From NCBI RefSeq assembly GCF_036365525.1, contig NC_090375.1, positions 95,606,512 through 95,670,511 on the forward strand: a stretch of DNA of 64,000 nt, given 5' to 3'. Under the pieces are notes generated by a model, which did no database searches, was not told the DNA's origin, and worked only from the letters and a program-made list of their open reading frames with translations. Made by a program: the position numbers and the translations under genes. Shown piece after piece: positions 1 through 13,363 of the stretch. This stretch comes from Heterodontus francisci. Taxonomy: Eukaryota. Position 1 is the first letter of the stretch. The number at the start of each line of letters is the position of its first letter.

Positions 1-2870
1 ACCCTGCAAAGTCCTCCTTACTAACATCTGGGGGTTTGTGCCAAAGTTGGGAGAGCTGTCCCACAGACTAGTCAAGCAACAGCCTGACATAGTCATACTC
101 ACAGAATCATACCTTACAGACAATGTCCCAGACACTGCCATCACCATCCCCGGGTATGTCCTGTCCCACCGGCAGGACAGACGCACAGAGGTGGTGGCAC
201 AGTGGTATACAGTCGGGAGGGAGTTGCCCTGGGAGGCCTCAACATCGACTCCAGACCCCATGAAGTGTCATGGAATCAGGTCAAACATGGACAAGGAAAC
301 CTCCTGCTGATTATCAACTAAAGCCCTCCCCCCCACTCAGCTGATGAGTCAGTACTCCTCCATGTTGAACAGCACTTGGAAGAAGCACTGAGGGTGGCCA
401 GAGCGCAGAATGTAATCTGGGTGGGGGACTTCAACGTCCATCACCAAGAGTGGCTCGGTAGCAGCATTACTGGCCGAGCTGGCCGAGTCCTAAAGGACAT
501 AGCTGCTAGACTGGGTCTGTGGCAGGTGATGAGGGAACCAACAAGAGGGGAAAATACACTTGACCTCGTCCTCACCAATCTGCCTGCCTCAGATGCATCT
601 GTCCAGGACAATATTGGTAGGAGTGACCACCGCACAGACTTTGTGCAGACAAAGTCCCGTCTTCACATTCAGAATTACCTCCTTCGTGTTGTGCAGCACT
701 ACCACCGTGCTAAATGGGATAGATTTTGAACAGATCTAGAAATGCAAAACTGGGCATCCATGAGGTGCTGTGGGCCATCAGCAGCAGAATTGTACTCAAC
801 CACAATCTGTAACCTCATGGCCCAGCATATCCCCCACTCTACCATTACCATCAAGCCAGGGGACCAACTCTGGTTCAATGAAGAGTGCAGGAGGGCATGT
901 CAGCAGCAGCACCAGGCATACCTCAAAATGAGGTGTTAACCTGATGAAGCTGCAACCCAAGACTACTTGTGTGCCAAACAACATAAGTAGCATGCGATAG
1001 ACAGAGCTAAGCGATCCTATAACCAACGGATCAGATCTAAGCTCTGCAGTCCTGCCACATCCAGCCATGAATGGTGGTGGACAATTAAACAACTAACAGG
1101 AGGAGGTGGTTCCACAAATATCCCCATCGTCAATGATGGTGGAGCCCAGCACATCAGTGAAAAGGATAACGTTGAAGCATTTGCAACGATGTTCAACCAG
1201 AAGTGCCGAGGGGATGACCCATCTCAGCCTCCTCCTGAAGTCCCCCGCATTACAGAAGCCGTCTTCAGCCAATTTGATTCACTCTGCGTGATATCAAGAA
1301 ATGATTGAAGGCAATGGATACTGCAAAGGCGATGGGTCCTGAGAATATTCCAGCAATCGCCCTGAAGACCTGTGCTCCAGAACTTGCTGCGCCCCTAGTC
1401 AAGTTGTTCCAGTGCAGCTACAAGACTGGAATATACCCCGCAATGTGGAAAATTGCCCAGGTATGTCCTGTACTCAAAAAGCAGGACAAGTCCAACCCAG
1501 CCAATTATCCCCCCATTAGTCTGCTCTCAATCATCAGCAAAGTGATGGAAGGTGTCGTCGACAGTGCTTTCAAGTGGCACTTACTTCACAATAAACTGCT
1601 CACTAATGCTCAATTTGTGTTCAGCCAAGGCCACTCAGCTCCAAACCTCATTCTAGCCTTGGTTCAAACATGGACAAAAGAGCTGAACTCAAGAGGTGAG
1701 GTGAGAGTGACTGCCCTTGACATCAAGGCAGCATTTGACTGAATATGGCATCAAGGAGCCCTAGCAAAACTAGAGTTAATGGGAATCAGGGAGAAAACGC
1801 TTCGCTGGTTGGAGTCGTCCCTATCGCAAAGGAAGATGGTTGTGGTTGTTGGAGGTCAATCGTCTCAGCTCCAGGACATTACTGCAGGAGTACCTCAGGG
1901 TAGTGTCCTAGGCCCAACCATCTTCAGCTGCTTCATCAATGACCTTCCTTCAATCATAAGGTCAGAAGTGGGGATGTTCGCTGATGATTGCACAATGTTC
2001 AGCACCATTCCCGACTTCTCAGATACTGAAGCAGTCCATGTAGAAATGCAGCAAGACCTGGACAATATCCAGGCTTGGGCTGATATGTGGCAAGGAACAT
2101 TCGTGCCACACAAGTGCCAGGCAATGACCATCTCCAACAAGAGAGAATCTAACCATCTCCCCTTGGCATTCAATGACATTACGATCACTGAATCATCCAC
2201 TATGAACATCCTGGGGGTTACCATTGACCAGAAACTGAACTGGAGTAGCCATATAAATACTGTGGCTACAAGAGCAGGTCAGAGGTTAGGAATCCTGTGG
2301 TGAGTAACTCATCTCCTGACTCTCCAAAGCCTGTGCATCATCTACAAGGCACAAGTCAGGAGTGTGATGGAATACTCTCCACTTGCCTGGATGGGTGCAG
2401 CTCCAACAACACTCAAGAAGCTCAACACCATTCGGGACAAAGCAGCCCACTTGATTGGCACCCCACCCACAAGTATTCACTCCCTCCACAACCGAGGCAT
2501 AGTGGCAGCAGTGTGTACTATCTACAGGATGCACTGCAGCAACGCACCAAGGCTCCTTCAGCAGCACCTTCCAAACCCCTGTGACCTCTACCACCTCGAA
2601 GGACAAGATCAGCAAATGTGTGGGAACAAATGAAAGTTCCCCTCCAAGCCACACACCATCCTGACTTGGAACTATATCGCCGTTCCTTCACTGTCGCTGG
2701 GTCAAAATCCTGGAACTCCCTTCCTAACAGCACTATGGGTGTACCTACACCACCTGGACTGCAGCGGTTCAAGAAGGCAGTTCACCACTACTTTCTGAAG
2801 GACAATTAGGGATGGGCAATAAATGCTGGCCTGGCCAGTGATGCCCACCTCCCAGGAACGAATTAAAAAA
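1..2870 (+). mobile_element. CR1-group non-LTR retrotransposon 'LINE-A', ORF2 (APE endonuclease + RT) broken by stops/frameshifts, 3' tail present, runs off the window 5' end
   Basis: Motifs PDIVILTESYL, WVGDFNVHH, LDLV, SDH, ALDIKAAFD, GVPQGSVLGP, FADD; 3' tail ggacaattagggatgggcaataaatgctggcctggccagtgatgcccac followed by an A-run. Confidence 0.93.
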
Positions 2871-3314
2871 TATGTAAAATGATGCCTGAACTTGCTGCAA
2901 GTGGCTGCTGTCGATGCCTATCGAGCACTCGGCCTAATATGGTGTAGTTCGCCCTTCTGGTGGAGAATATTGCGCTACTGAATTCGACTTTGTCGCGCCT
3001 ATTTTGGATCTCGAGAACATGTGAGACACATCACAATTTCGACCTCCTGGTGTAAACAAACAAAATGCGCATGTGTGCAAAGGAAGGAAATTTGAGGAAC
3101 ACTTGTACTCCCCCAATGGAGTTGGAATATCTCAGGGTGATGTTCAAAGAAACATTGGAGTCCAAGTAAACAAGATGCTCAACATGTTCAACCAATACAG
3201 AGCAACAACAGCAAAACCAATAGAATGCTGAACTTCATGACTGAAACAGTAGATTGTAAGTAAAACTGTGTGCTCAAACGCAATGCCCTGGTCAGACAAC
3301 ACCTTGAGTACTGC

Positions 3315-3659
3315 TTTTGCTGCTGTTCAATATTCAGTCTGTTAACACCTTTTCTGTACTAATGCTTTATCTTTCAACACACCATTAACATATTGTTTGC
3401 CTTTGCCCCATGACCTTTTGGTCAGCTATGTGGCCTTGTCCAATCTACACCTTCTCCTTTGTTATCTCTTGCCCCACCCCCACCTCACTTGCTTATAACC
3501 TGTGACATTTTTAATATTTGTCAGTTCCGAAGAAGGGTCACTGACCCGAAATGTTAACTCTGCTTCTCATTCCACAGATGCTGCCAGACCTGCTGAGTGA
3601 TTCCAGCATTTCTTGTTTTTATTTCAGATTTCCAGCATCCGCAGTATTTTGCTTTCATT
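3315..3659 (+). mobile_element. Penelope-like element 3' fragment with a 14-bp TSD
   Basis: Direct repeat accttgagtactgc at 3301-3314 and 3660-3673; module gaagggtcactgacccgaaatgttaactctg...cacagatgctgccagacctgctgag recurs at 23650, 25000(-) and 41910. Confidence 0.75.
3523..3559 (+). ncRNA. Minimal type-I hammerhead ribozyme-like motif (variant core CCGAAGA)
   Basis: agtt-CCGAAGA-a-gggtca/c/tgaccc (perfect stem II)-GAAA-tgtt-aact; stem I agtt/aact. Confidence 0.55.
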
Positions 3660-5264
3660 ACCTTGAGTACTGCGATCAGTTCTGACAAACAAAGGAGACA
3701 ATTCTGGAGACAGTGCAGAGAACAGCCATGAGGCTGATCTATAGTGTCAGGAGTCTTAGGTTATGAGTAAAGATCAGAGCGATTTGGGCTTTTCAGCCTG
3801 AAAAGGAGATATGTGAGAGGTGATTTGTTTTGGGATATGAGATAGTGGGGAAGGAGGGAGAAAGCACATATTGTTCGCTGGATGGAGGGTTGGTAGCTGA
3901 AGGGTTTGAGGCGCCCACTTTATAAAACATCTTATCCTCTGGTTCACCATGAGCATCGCTGGTGAGATCCATTCCAATTAGAATAAGGTTAAATAATAAA
4001 GAGGAACAGCCCAATTTTGGTTCAGACTTATGTTTACATTGGATTTACATTGAATTTGGCTTATTAATATTGCAATAAAGAACTGAAAATGCTGGAAATG
4101 CATAAATGGTTCTGGTGGGACTCTTTAACTGTAAGATAAAGGTTAAATTTCTGGTGGGATAAAAACATCACTGTCAAAGTGAAAAGTAGATTCCGATCAC
4201 TAAAGTAACTAAGACAAAGGCAGTATTGAGAGAAATAAACTCAAGGTTTTAGGTCAGGTTTGGTGTTAAAGAGTGATGAATGAGGGCTGGAAGTTTTTCT
4301 GTCAAGATATTTAAGCAAAACCTGATGTGATCAGGCCTGTTAACTTCGCCTGAGCTTGACTATTTGGCTCAGTACAATACTTGCTCATATTAAGTAGATT
4401 TAATTTGAAATATCTTCATGGTGGGGGTGGGGGTGGGGGGGGGGGGTGGTTGGTGGGGTGAGGGTGGCAAATATGACTTTTGGGCTCCCAACCACCGGAG
4501 CCTGTGATGAAGTGACAGCTGTGATTTTGAGTCCCTGTTCTCACTTGAGTCACCAAAAGGGTGTCCTGATGACTGCAGCTCACTGGATTAAAGCTGACTA
4601 ATATTGGACCACACCAACCAGCAGCAAGTTAACTGTGTTTGGTGGTGAGGTGGTGGGGGGGGGGAGAGGCAGGGTGGGTGGTTGAGAAGGGGGCGGTGAG
4701 GTGGAGGGTGGGGGTGAGAGGTGCATTTGGAATTGTGGGTGATAATATGCCAGATTATTTATCTGAGGCATAGACGAAGCAGGCCCCACAAACATAATTT
4801 GAAACTTGTCCCTGATAGGCCTTTACATCTTTGTTGCCCATGGAACCGAACCTAAAATAGCAACCAGGGTCCGAAGACACTGATTTCTGATTTGCATGAT
4901 AGAAGCATCCTATCACCTGAAACAGGCAGGTGTTTTGAGTGCTCAGTGGGAGACTCCTTTCAAAATGGCACTGGCCACATCTGTTGCTGCTTTTTAAAGG
5001 TTGCCTGTTTGCTCAGATCTACATTTTCACATAATGTAATCCATAGAGGCAATTAAGGCTGAACTTTGCCCTCTATCATTCAATCTTACGTTCAAATTTC
5101 AAAGATTTTATAAAACCTGTATATTAAGGAAACGGCAAAAACGCCATTGGAAAATGAAATTCCATAACTGGTTTATATATTAAGAATAACATTAGATACT
5201 TGTAAAATATTTGAAAGTAGTAATCCAATCCCTAGTCGGATCTTGTGCTCAAAACTCAAGGTTG

Positions 5265-5622
5265 ACATTTCAGTGCAGTACTGAGGGAATGATGCACTGT
5301 CAGAGGTACTATCATTCAGATGAAACATTAAACCAAGGCCTGTCTGCTCTTACAGGTGGACGTAAAAGATACCATAGCACTATTTTGAAGAAGAACAGGG
5401 GAGTTATTCCTGGTGTTCTGGTCAATATTTATCCTTCAATGCACACTACACAAACAGATAATCTGGTCATTATCACTTTGCTATTTGTGGGAGTTTGCTG
5501 TGTACAAATTGGCTGCTGCATTTCCTACATTACAACAGTCACTACATTTCAAAAAGTACTTCATTGGCTGTAAAGAACTTTGAGTTGTCCGGTGATCATG
5601 AAAGGCATTATATAAATGCACG
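5265..5622 (+). mobile_element. Deu-domain SINE (SacSINE1/AmnSINE-like) with L2-type tail
   Basis: cagtgcagtactgaggga...ctggtcattatcac..gctatttgtgggagtttgctgtg...gaaaggcattatataaatgca; second copy at 42200-42490. Confidence 0.75.
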
Positions 5623-6521
5623 TTTTTTTTCTTTTCGGGCGAGGAACATAAAAGTGTCTGAAGTAGTGAAAAGGCCCTGAGCAGATCACCCAACTATCAT
5701 CTGGAAATGGTGCAGAATCTGGTTCCACTGATATTCTTCCCCATGCAGCGATTTTCTGATGGAGGAGACGTCAGTGATGCCCAGATCCTTATGTTCAGGG
5801 GGCTTCTCTGGACTAGCTAGGAAATTCAACTTTATAAGCCTTTTGTGAAATTCATGCAAGCTGACAGCTGATGTGAGACCTGCTGAATCCCCAGGAAAGG
5901 CCTCAAACGTTTGACAGCCAAAACTATCAATCCTGGGATGGATCAATCACCCACAAGAAAGATTTCTTAATCTCAAGAGGTGAAGGCACAGAATTAAAGA
6001 TCTTGTGCTTGAAAGTAATGTATTAGCATGGATTGAAGATTAGTTAAATTTGAGGGTTGAACCTTTGGACTTCTTTATCCCAGAGCCATCGATGCTCAGT
6101 CATTGAGTGCATTCAAGTCAGAGATCGATAGATTTTTGGATACTAAGGCATGTGGGTAATTGATCTGCCTCACTCCAGCATTCCAGACCTATGTTGGTGT
6201 AAACGCTGCTGAAGTTACTTTACTGGCACGATGCACCTAATCCGAGCATGCAAATGATACCATTTCTGCAACCTGCGGCAAGACCTGCATCTGTAGCTGT
6301 AGGTGCCTGCATGTTCAGCTCTGCTGCACTTAAGGGGTAGAGGAGGAACCTTGGAATTTCTAGACTGGAGCTATTAGAATTTATGTCATCTAGATCGCTA
6401 CCTTATCTGTAATAACATTCTGCAACTCACATGGTCAGTGTCATACATTTTCTCATCATAAAGTTTTGTACTGTGCATTCATTAAGCCCACTTCATTTGG
6501 ATCTTTAGTAAGAAGAAACAC

Positions 6522-7995
6522 TAATGGTAGCAAGGCCACAGAATGTACTCTGGGTGGGGGAAATCAATGCCCATCACCAAGAGTGGCTCGGTAGTACCAC
6601 TACTGACCGAGTTGGCCGAGTCCTAAAGGACATAGCTGCTAGACTTGGCCTCATTCTCAACAATTTACCTGTCTCAGATGCATCTGTCCATAACAGTCTT
6701 GGTAGGAGCGACCACCACACAGACCTTGTGGAGACGAAGTCCGTCTTCACATTGAGGGTACCCACCATTGTGTTGTGTGGCACTACGACCATGCTAAATG
6801 CGATAGATTTTGAATAGATCTAGCAACTCAAAACTGGGCATCCATGAGGCACTGTGGGCCATCAGCAGCAGCATAATTGTATCCAACCACAATCTGTAAC
6901 CTCATGACCCGGCATATTCCCCACTCTACCATTACCATCAAGCCGGGAGACCAACCCTGGTTCAATGAAGAGTGCAGGAGGGCATGCCAGGAACAGCACC
7001 AGGCATACCTCAAAATGAGGTATCATTCCGGTGAAGCTACAGGGCTAAGTGATCCCACAATCAATGGATCAGATCTAAGCTCTGCAGTCCTGCCATATCC
7101 AGTCATGAATGATGGTGGACAGTTAAACAACTAAGAGGAGGAGGTGGCTGCACAAATATCTCCACCCTCAATGTTGGGGGAGACCAGTACATCTGTGCAA
7201 AAGACAAGGCTGAAGCATTTGCAACCATCTTCAGCCAGAAGTGCCAAATGGATGATCCATCTCGGCCTCCTTCTGAGGTCCCCAGCATCACAGATGCCAG
7301 TCTGATTCGCTACATGTAATGTTGAGAAACGACTGAAGGCACTGGATACTGCAAATGCTATGGGCCCTGACAACATTCTGGCAATAGTACTGGAGACCTG
7401 TGCTCCAGAACTATCTGCGCCCCTAGCCAAGCTGTTCCAGTGCAGTTACAAGACTGGCATCTACCCGGTAATGTGGAAAATTGCCCAAGTATGTCCTGTA
7501 GCACCTGGATGGGTGCAGCTCCAACAACACTCAAGAAGCTCGACAACATCCAGGAGAAAGTAGCCCACTTAATTGGCACCCCATCCATTCACTTTCAACA
7601 TTCACTTCCTTCATTACCGATGCACAGTGGCAGCAGTGTGTATCATATACAAGATGCACTGCAGCAATTCACCAAGGCTCCTTCGACAGCACCTTCCAAA
7701 CCTGCGACCTCTACACCTAGAAGGACAAGGGCAGCAGATGCATGGGAACACCACCACCTGCCAGTTCCCTTCCAAGCCACACACCATCCTGACTTGGAAC
7801 TATATCGCTATTCCTTCAGCGTCGCTGGGTCAATATCCTGGAATCCCTTCGTACCAGCACTGTGGGTGTACTTACACCCCAAGGATTGCAGTGCTTCAAG
7901 AAGGCAGCTCACCACCACATTCTGAAGGGCAATTAGGGATGGGTAATAAATGCTGGCCTGGCCATTGATGCCCACATCCCATGAATGAATAAAAC
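6522..7995 (+). mobile_element. LINE-A copy with internal deletions (RT core removed near 7500)
   Basis: Colinear with 390-1470 of the first copy, then jumps to the ctggatgggtgcagc region (about 2386 in copy 1); same 3' tail. Confidence 0.9.
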
Positions 7996-9469
7996 ATATG
8001 TACTTTGGTGAGTAAGAATTCGTACCATGGCTTTGGCTTGAAACCAAAATTGTGATATCCTGTAAAAATTACTAAATATTTGAGTAAATAACTTACTAAT
8101 AAAGAAGCGAATAAGAAAATTTATAAATAGGTAATAGAGAGTTAAAGACAGCAGCAAATTACTAGCAGCCCAAGCACAATTCATCATAGAGTCCTCAGTT
8201 TTGTTTCTTCTGTGTAATTCTTTCTTGCCTATATATTGTTCTATGATTTATAATCACTATGGACTCTTTCTGCATGAACAAAAAAGTTTCACTTTGATGC
8301 TATCAGTTTATAAGCTCTGCATTTTCCTGTTTTTTATGATGAGACTAAGGATCACTTTAGAACAACCATGACTAGTGTGACTACTTCAAGATGTTAGGTT
8401 CTGGTTTGTTCAGCTGATGATTAGGATTCTGAATCCCAGGACAGTCTGTCTGAATCCCGCTGTCACAGCTGAGCCAGTTTTGTCAGTACTTAGTGCTGCT
8501 GTTACATGAGATGTTTCTGACAGCAAAGTGTTCCACCTCAAGGACAGAAAGCAATAGCACTTCATCTTCTCTTACTGACTCATCTTCTGTTGGTTAAGCA
8601 TGGGGTGACATTGATGGTTGTCATAGAAATGTCTGCTTGGTAGAATGTCTCACCATCCCACGTGAAGAAGATCACATAAAGATGAGAGGCCTTAGAGTAT
8701 TGAATAACTGGAAGATCTGGGGGAAATAAATCAAATCTATTTCATTACCGATAGTGACTAATACCCTAGATTAAAATTAGTTACCATGCTGTTTCTCAAA
8801 AGTGAATGAAAGTCTGAAACACATGCAACAGTGATGATAACATTCTATTTATTTTATGGGTACATGGCTCCTGCTGGAAATTTAAGCATATTGTTAAAGT
8901 TGATTCTGCCAAAAGTTATCTGTTGCTTCACATGTGGAAATAATCATCTTGGACTTTCATTGAAATTAACTGTATGATCTTATGGTCACTGAAATTACTG
9001 ATAATGCATGTAGAATAAAAAAAATAAATTAAAAAATGAGATATTTGCACAAAGATATGATTCATGGAAGATAATTCTTCAAGGAAGTCTATCAACTCTG
9101 ATTCAACTCTGTTGAACAATGTTCGCTCATCTGGTCTTCTAGTTCTCCCCAAAGAACATGTTTCTAAATGCAACATCTTTAATACCTTAAATACCTTTAA
9201 ACTCTAGTGTAAAATTACATTCCCCAATGGCCTAAATATCAAACAGAGATGTTTAATGTTCAAGATGGAATTTACTACTCAATTACCAACCCACTTTAAT
9301 TTCTGCATAATACATTCAAGTCTGATGCTAATGTGAGTAATGTCAGTGTATCTAAGCAAGTTTCACTATCTCAACATAATGCCATAATGTACGATACCTC
9401 CAGGTCAAATGCCAACCTACCGTTTAGATACTATGCAACAATACAATTTACATTGTATTGTTGCATAGT

Positions 9470-12063
9470 AGTATTGAAGAGAAACTGAGTCAGTCTGGAA
9501 GGGAGAGCAAATATAGACCTGTTAAGGCACATGTGAATAGTGTAAGGCTGGATTGCATACACTTTAATGCAAGGCGTCTTACTAATAAGGCAGATGAATT
9601 GAGGGCGTTGATTAGCACATGGGATTATGATATTATTGCTATCACAGAGACATGGCTGAGGGAGGGGCAAGACTGGCAGCTCAATATTCCAGGGTATAGA
9701 ATCTTCAGGCATCATAAGGGAGTGGGGAAAAGAGGAGGTGGTATTGCACTGTTGATCAAGGAGTCAATTACTGCAGTAAGGAGGGATGATATCTTAGAAG
9801 GTTCCTCAAATGAGGCCATATGGGGAGAACTTAAGAACAAAAGGAGGGGGGCAATCACTTGGCTGGGCGTGTACCACAGGCCTCCAAACAGTTAGGGAGA
9901 GATAGAGGAACAGATATGTAGGCAAATCTCAGAGAGGTGTAAAAATAATTGGGTAATAATAGTAGGGGATTTCAACTTACCTAATATCAACTGGGATAGT
10001 CTTAGTGCAAAAGGCTTAAAGGGGGAGGAATTCTTAAAATGCATACAGGAGAGCTTTTGAGCCAGTACGTAGAAAGTCCTACAAGAGAAGGGGCTGTACT
10101 GGACCTAATCCCAGGGAATGAAGCTGGACAAGTGGTAGAAGTATCAGTGGGGGGCATTTCGTGGATAGTGACCATAACTCTGTAAGATTTAAAGTAGTTA
10201 TGGAAAAGGACAAAGATGGGCCAGAAGTAAAGGTACTGAGTTGGGGGAAGGCCGATTTCAATTTAATAAAACAGGATCTGGCCAAAGTGGACAGGGAGCA
10301 GCTACTTGTAGGAAAGTCTACATCAGGCCAGTGGGAGTCATTCAAAAAGGAAATAGTGAGGGTTCAGAGCCAACATGTACCCGTTAAGGTGAAGGGTAGG
10401 ACCAACAAGTCCAGGGAACCCTGGATGTCAAGGGATATAGAGTATTGGATCAGGAAATAAAAGGAGACTCAGGGCAGATTCGGAGCACTGAAAACAGCGG
10501 AGGCATTAGAGGAGTAAAGAAAGTGTAGCGGGGTACTTAAAAAGGTAATTAGGAGAGGGAAGAGGGGACATGTAAAAACATTGGTGGTCAATATAAAGGA
10601 AAATCCTAAGGCGTTTTATAAGTATATTAAGGGCAAGAAGATAACCAGGGAAAGAGTAGGGCCCATTAGGGACCAAAGTAGCAATCTGTATGTGGATCCA
10701 GAGGACATAGGTGAGGTTTTAAATGATTGCTTTTCATCTGTTTACACTGTGGAGAACGACGGTGTAGCCGTAGAGATCAGGGAGGGGGAATTGTGGTATA
10801 CTTGAACATATTAACATTGAAAGGGAGGCAGTATTAGATGTTATAGTGGTATTAAAAGTGGATAAATCCCCAGATCCAGATGAGATGTATCCCAGGCTGT
10901 TGTGTGAGACAAGGGAGGTGATAGCAGGAGCTCTGACACAAATTTTCAGATCCTCTTTGGCCACGGAAGAGGTGCCAAAGGACTGGAGGACAGCGAATGT
11001 GGTACCATTATTCAAGAAGGGTAGCAGGGATAATTACAGGCCGGTGAGTCTAACATCAGTGGTTGGGAAACTATCGGAAAATATTCTGAGGGACAGGATT
11101 AATCTCCACTTGGAAAGGCAGGGATTAATCAGGGATAGTCAGCACGGCTTTGTCAGGGGGAGATCGTGTCCAACTAACTTGATTGAATTTTTCGAGGAGG
11201 TGACCAGATGTGTAGATGAGAGTAAGGCAGTTGATGTAGTTTACATGGACTTCAATAAGACTTTTGATAAGGTCCCGCATGGGAGATTGGTTAAGAAGGT
11301 AAGAGCTCATGGGATCCAGGGCAATTTGGCAAACTGGATCCAAAATTGGCTTGGTGGCAGGAAACAGAGGGTAATGGTCGAAGGTTGTTTTGCGAATGGA
11401 AGCCTGTGACCAGTGGTGTACCACAGGGACCCTTGCTGTTTGTAGTGTACATTAATGATTTAGACGTGAATATAGGAGGTATGATAAGTAAGTTCGCAGA
11501 TGACACGAAAATTGGTGGTGTCGTAAATAGTGAGGAGGAAAGCCTGGAGGAAGGATTACACTGGAGAGGGTGCAGAGGAGATTCACCAGGATCTTGCCTG
11601 GGCTGGAGCATTTCAGCTATGAAGAGAGACTGAAAAGGCTAGGGTTGTTTTCCCTAGAACAGAGAAGGATGAGGGGGGACATGATTGAGGTATACAAAAT
11701 TATGAGGGGCATTGATGGGTTAGATAGGAAGAAACTTTTTCCCTTAGCGGAGGGGTCAATAACCAGGGGGCATAGATTTAAGGTAAGGGGCAGGAGGTTC
11801 AGAGGGGATTTGTGGAAAAATCTTTTCACCCAGAGGGTGGTTGGAATCTGGAATATGCAGCCTGAAGTGGAGGTAGAGGCAGGAACCCTCACAAACATTT
11901 AAGAAGTATTTAGATGAGCACTTTAAATGCCATAGCATACAAGGCTACGGGCCAAGTGCTGGAAAATGGGACTAAAATAGTTAGGTGCTTGATGGCCGGC
12001 ACAGACACGATGGGCCGAAGGGCCTGTTTCTGTGCTGTATAACTCTATGACTCTATGACTCTA
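9470..12063 (+). mobile_element. CR1 (HER1-like) LINE, 5'-truncated, disrupted ORF2 plus 3' UTR
   Basis: YDIIAITETWL, GDFN, DFNKTFDKVPH, GVPQG, KFADDTK; tail gggccgaagggcctgtttctgtgctgtataac(tctatgac)n. Confidence 0.95.
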
Positions 12064-12435
12064 AATGTCTATCCAGTCTGAAGGGCAATCTGACATCTTG
12101 ATGTGACTCCTATTTTTTACTTGATAGTCTGAAATACATTATACTTGTCAGTCTGGTATGTATTTTGACCAAGAATAACTTCTGCACAAATGTGCTGTAG
12201 CAGATCCTTGGATTCAATTTTTCAGGTATTGAGCCCCAAAAAAACTTTAGATGGTTAATATTAAGTTTAACTTGAACTGCAATAAGAAGGTAGGGAGAAA
12301 CTTCATGGGTTGTTTCCTCTGAAAATATAATATTTTGTGAGTAGTCTATGAGAGAGTACATTGTACTTGGTGTACATAAGGAAGAAGTCTGATGGGGCAA
12401 ATAGCCAATTTTAATTCATGCTTACTCAAGTTCTT

Positions 12436-13046
12436 ACTCAAGTATCCTGGACTTTATTAATAGGGGCATAGAGTACAAGAGCAAGGAAGTTATGTTGAAC
12501 ATGGATAGACACTTGTTTGACCTCAGCTGGAATATTGCGTCCAGTTCCGGGCGCCGTACTTTGGAAAAGACATGACGGCATCGGAGAAAAGATTCATGAA
12601 AATGGTTCCAAGGATGAGGAACTTCAGTTATGAAGATAGATTGGAGAAGTTAGGACTGTTTTCCTCGGAGAAGAGAAAGCTGAGAGGTGATTTGATAGAG
12701 GTGTTCAAAATCATGAGGGGTCTGGACAGAGAAAATGTTCCCACCTGTGAAAGGATTGAGAACAAGAACAGATATAAAGTATTTGGTTAGAGAAGCAAAA
12801 GTGACATGAGGAGAAACATTTTCATGCAGCGTGTGGTGAAGGTCCGGATTGCACTGCCTGAGAGTATGGTGGAGGCAGGTTCAATAGAAGCATTCAATAG
12901 GGATTTATATGAAAAGGAAGAAAGTGCAGGGTTACGGGGAGAAGGCAGGGGAATAGAACTGAGTGAATTGTTCCTTCAGAGAGTCAGTGCAGACATGATG
13001 GGCCGAACAGCCTCCTTCTGCAATGTAACAATTCTGTAATTCTGTA
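12436..13046 (+). mobile_element. CR1 LINE 3' fragment (different subfamily)
   Basis: SYEDRLEKLGLFSSEKRKLRGDLIEVFKIM; (ttctgtaa)2 tail; possible TSD aagttctt at 12428 and 13047. Confidence 0.85.
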
Positions 13047-13363
13047 AAGTTCTTTTGATAGCATTTCACTGCTGTATTCTAACTAAGAGATTGATTGAAT
13101 TCCTGGCCAGGGAATTCTTGTGACCCTTTGAGAGAAAAGGATCTGGGTTGGTCTTTCCGTGGACACACACTTAACCCTATCCCAATCATGTAATCGGCAT
13201 ATTTTGGGTGGGCGGGGGGGTGGAAATGTGCACTTGCTGCAGCAGCAATGGGATCACTGTGCTCGCTAAAGATCATAAAATCTTTCGTTAAAAATTTAAG
13301 TTTGAGTAATTGGCAAATAATTATTCTGTGATTGTTTTCTGTGGGGAAAGTGGCTTTTGAAAT

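Larger units (their letters stand above)
3140..3850 (+). mobile_element. Old CR1 LINE 3' fragment, split by a Penelope-tail insertion
   Basis: Degenerate LGV..., LVRQHLEYC and LGFFSL(E)KE..RGDL motifs on either side of 3315-3659. Confidence 0.7.
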
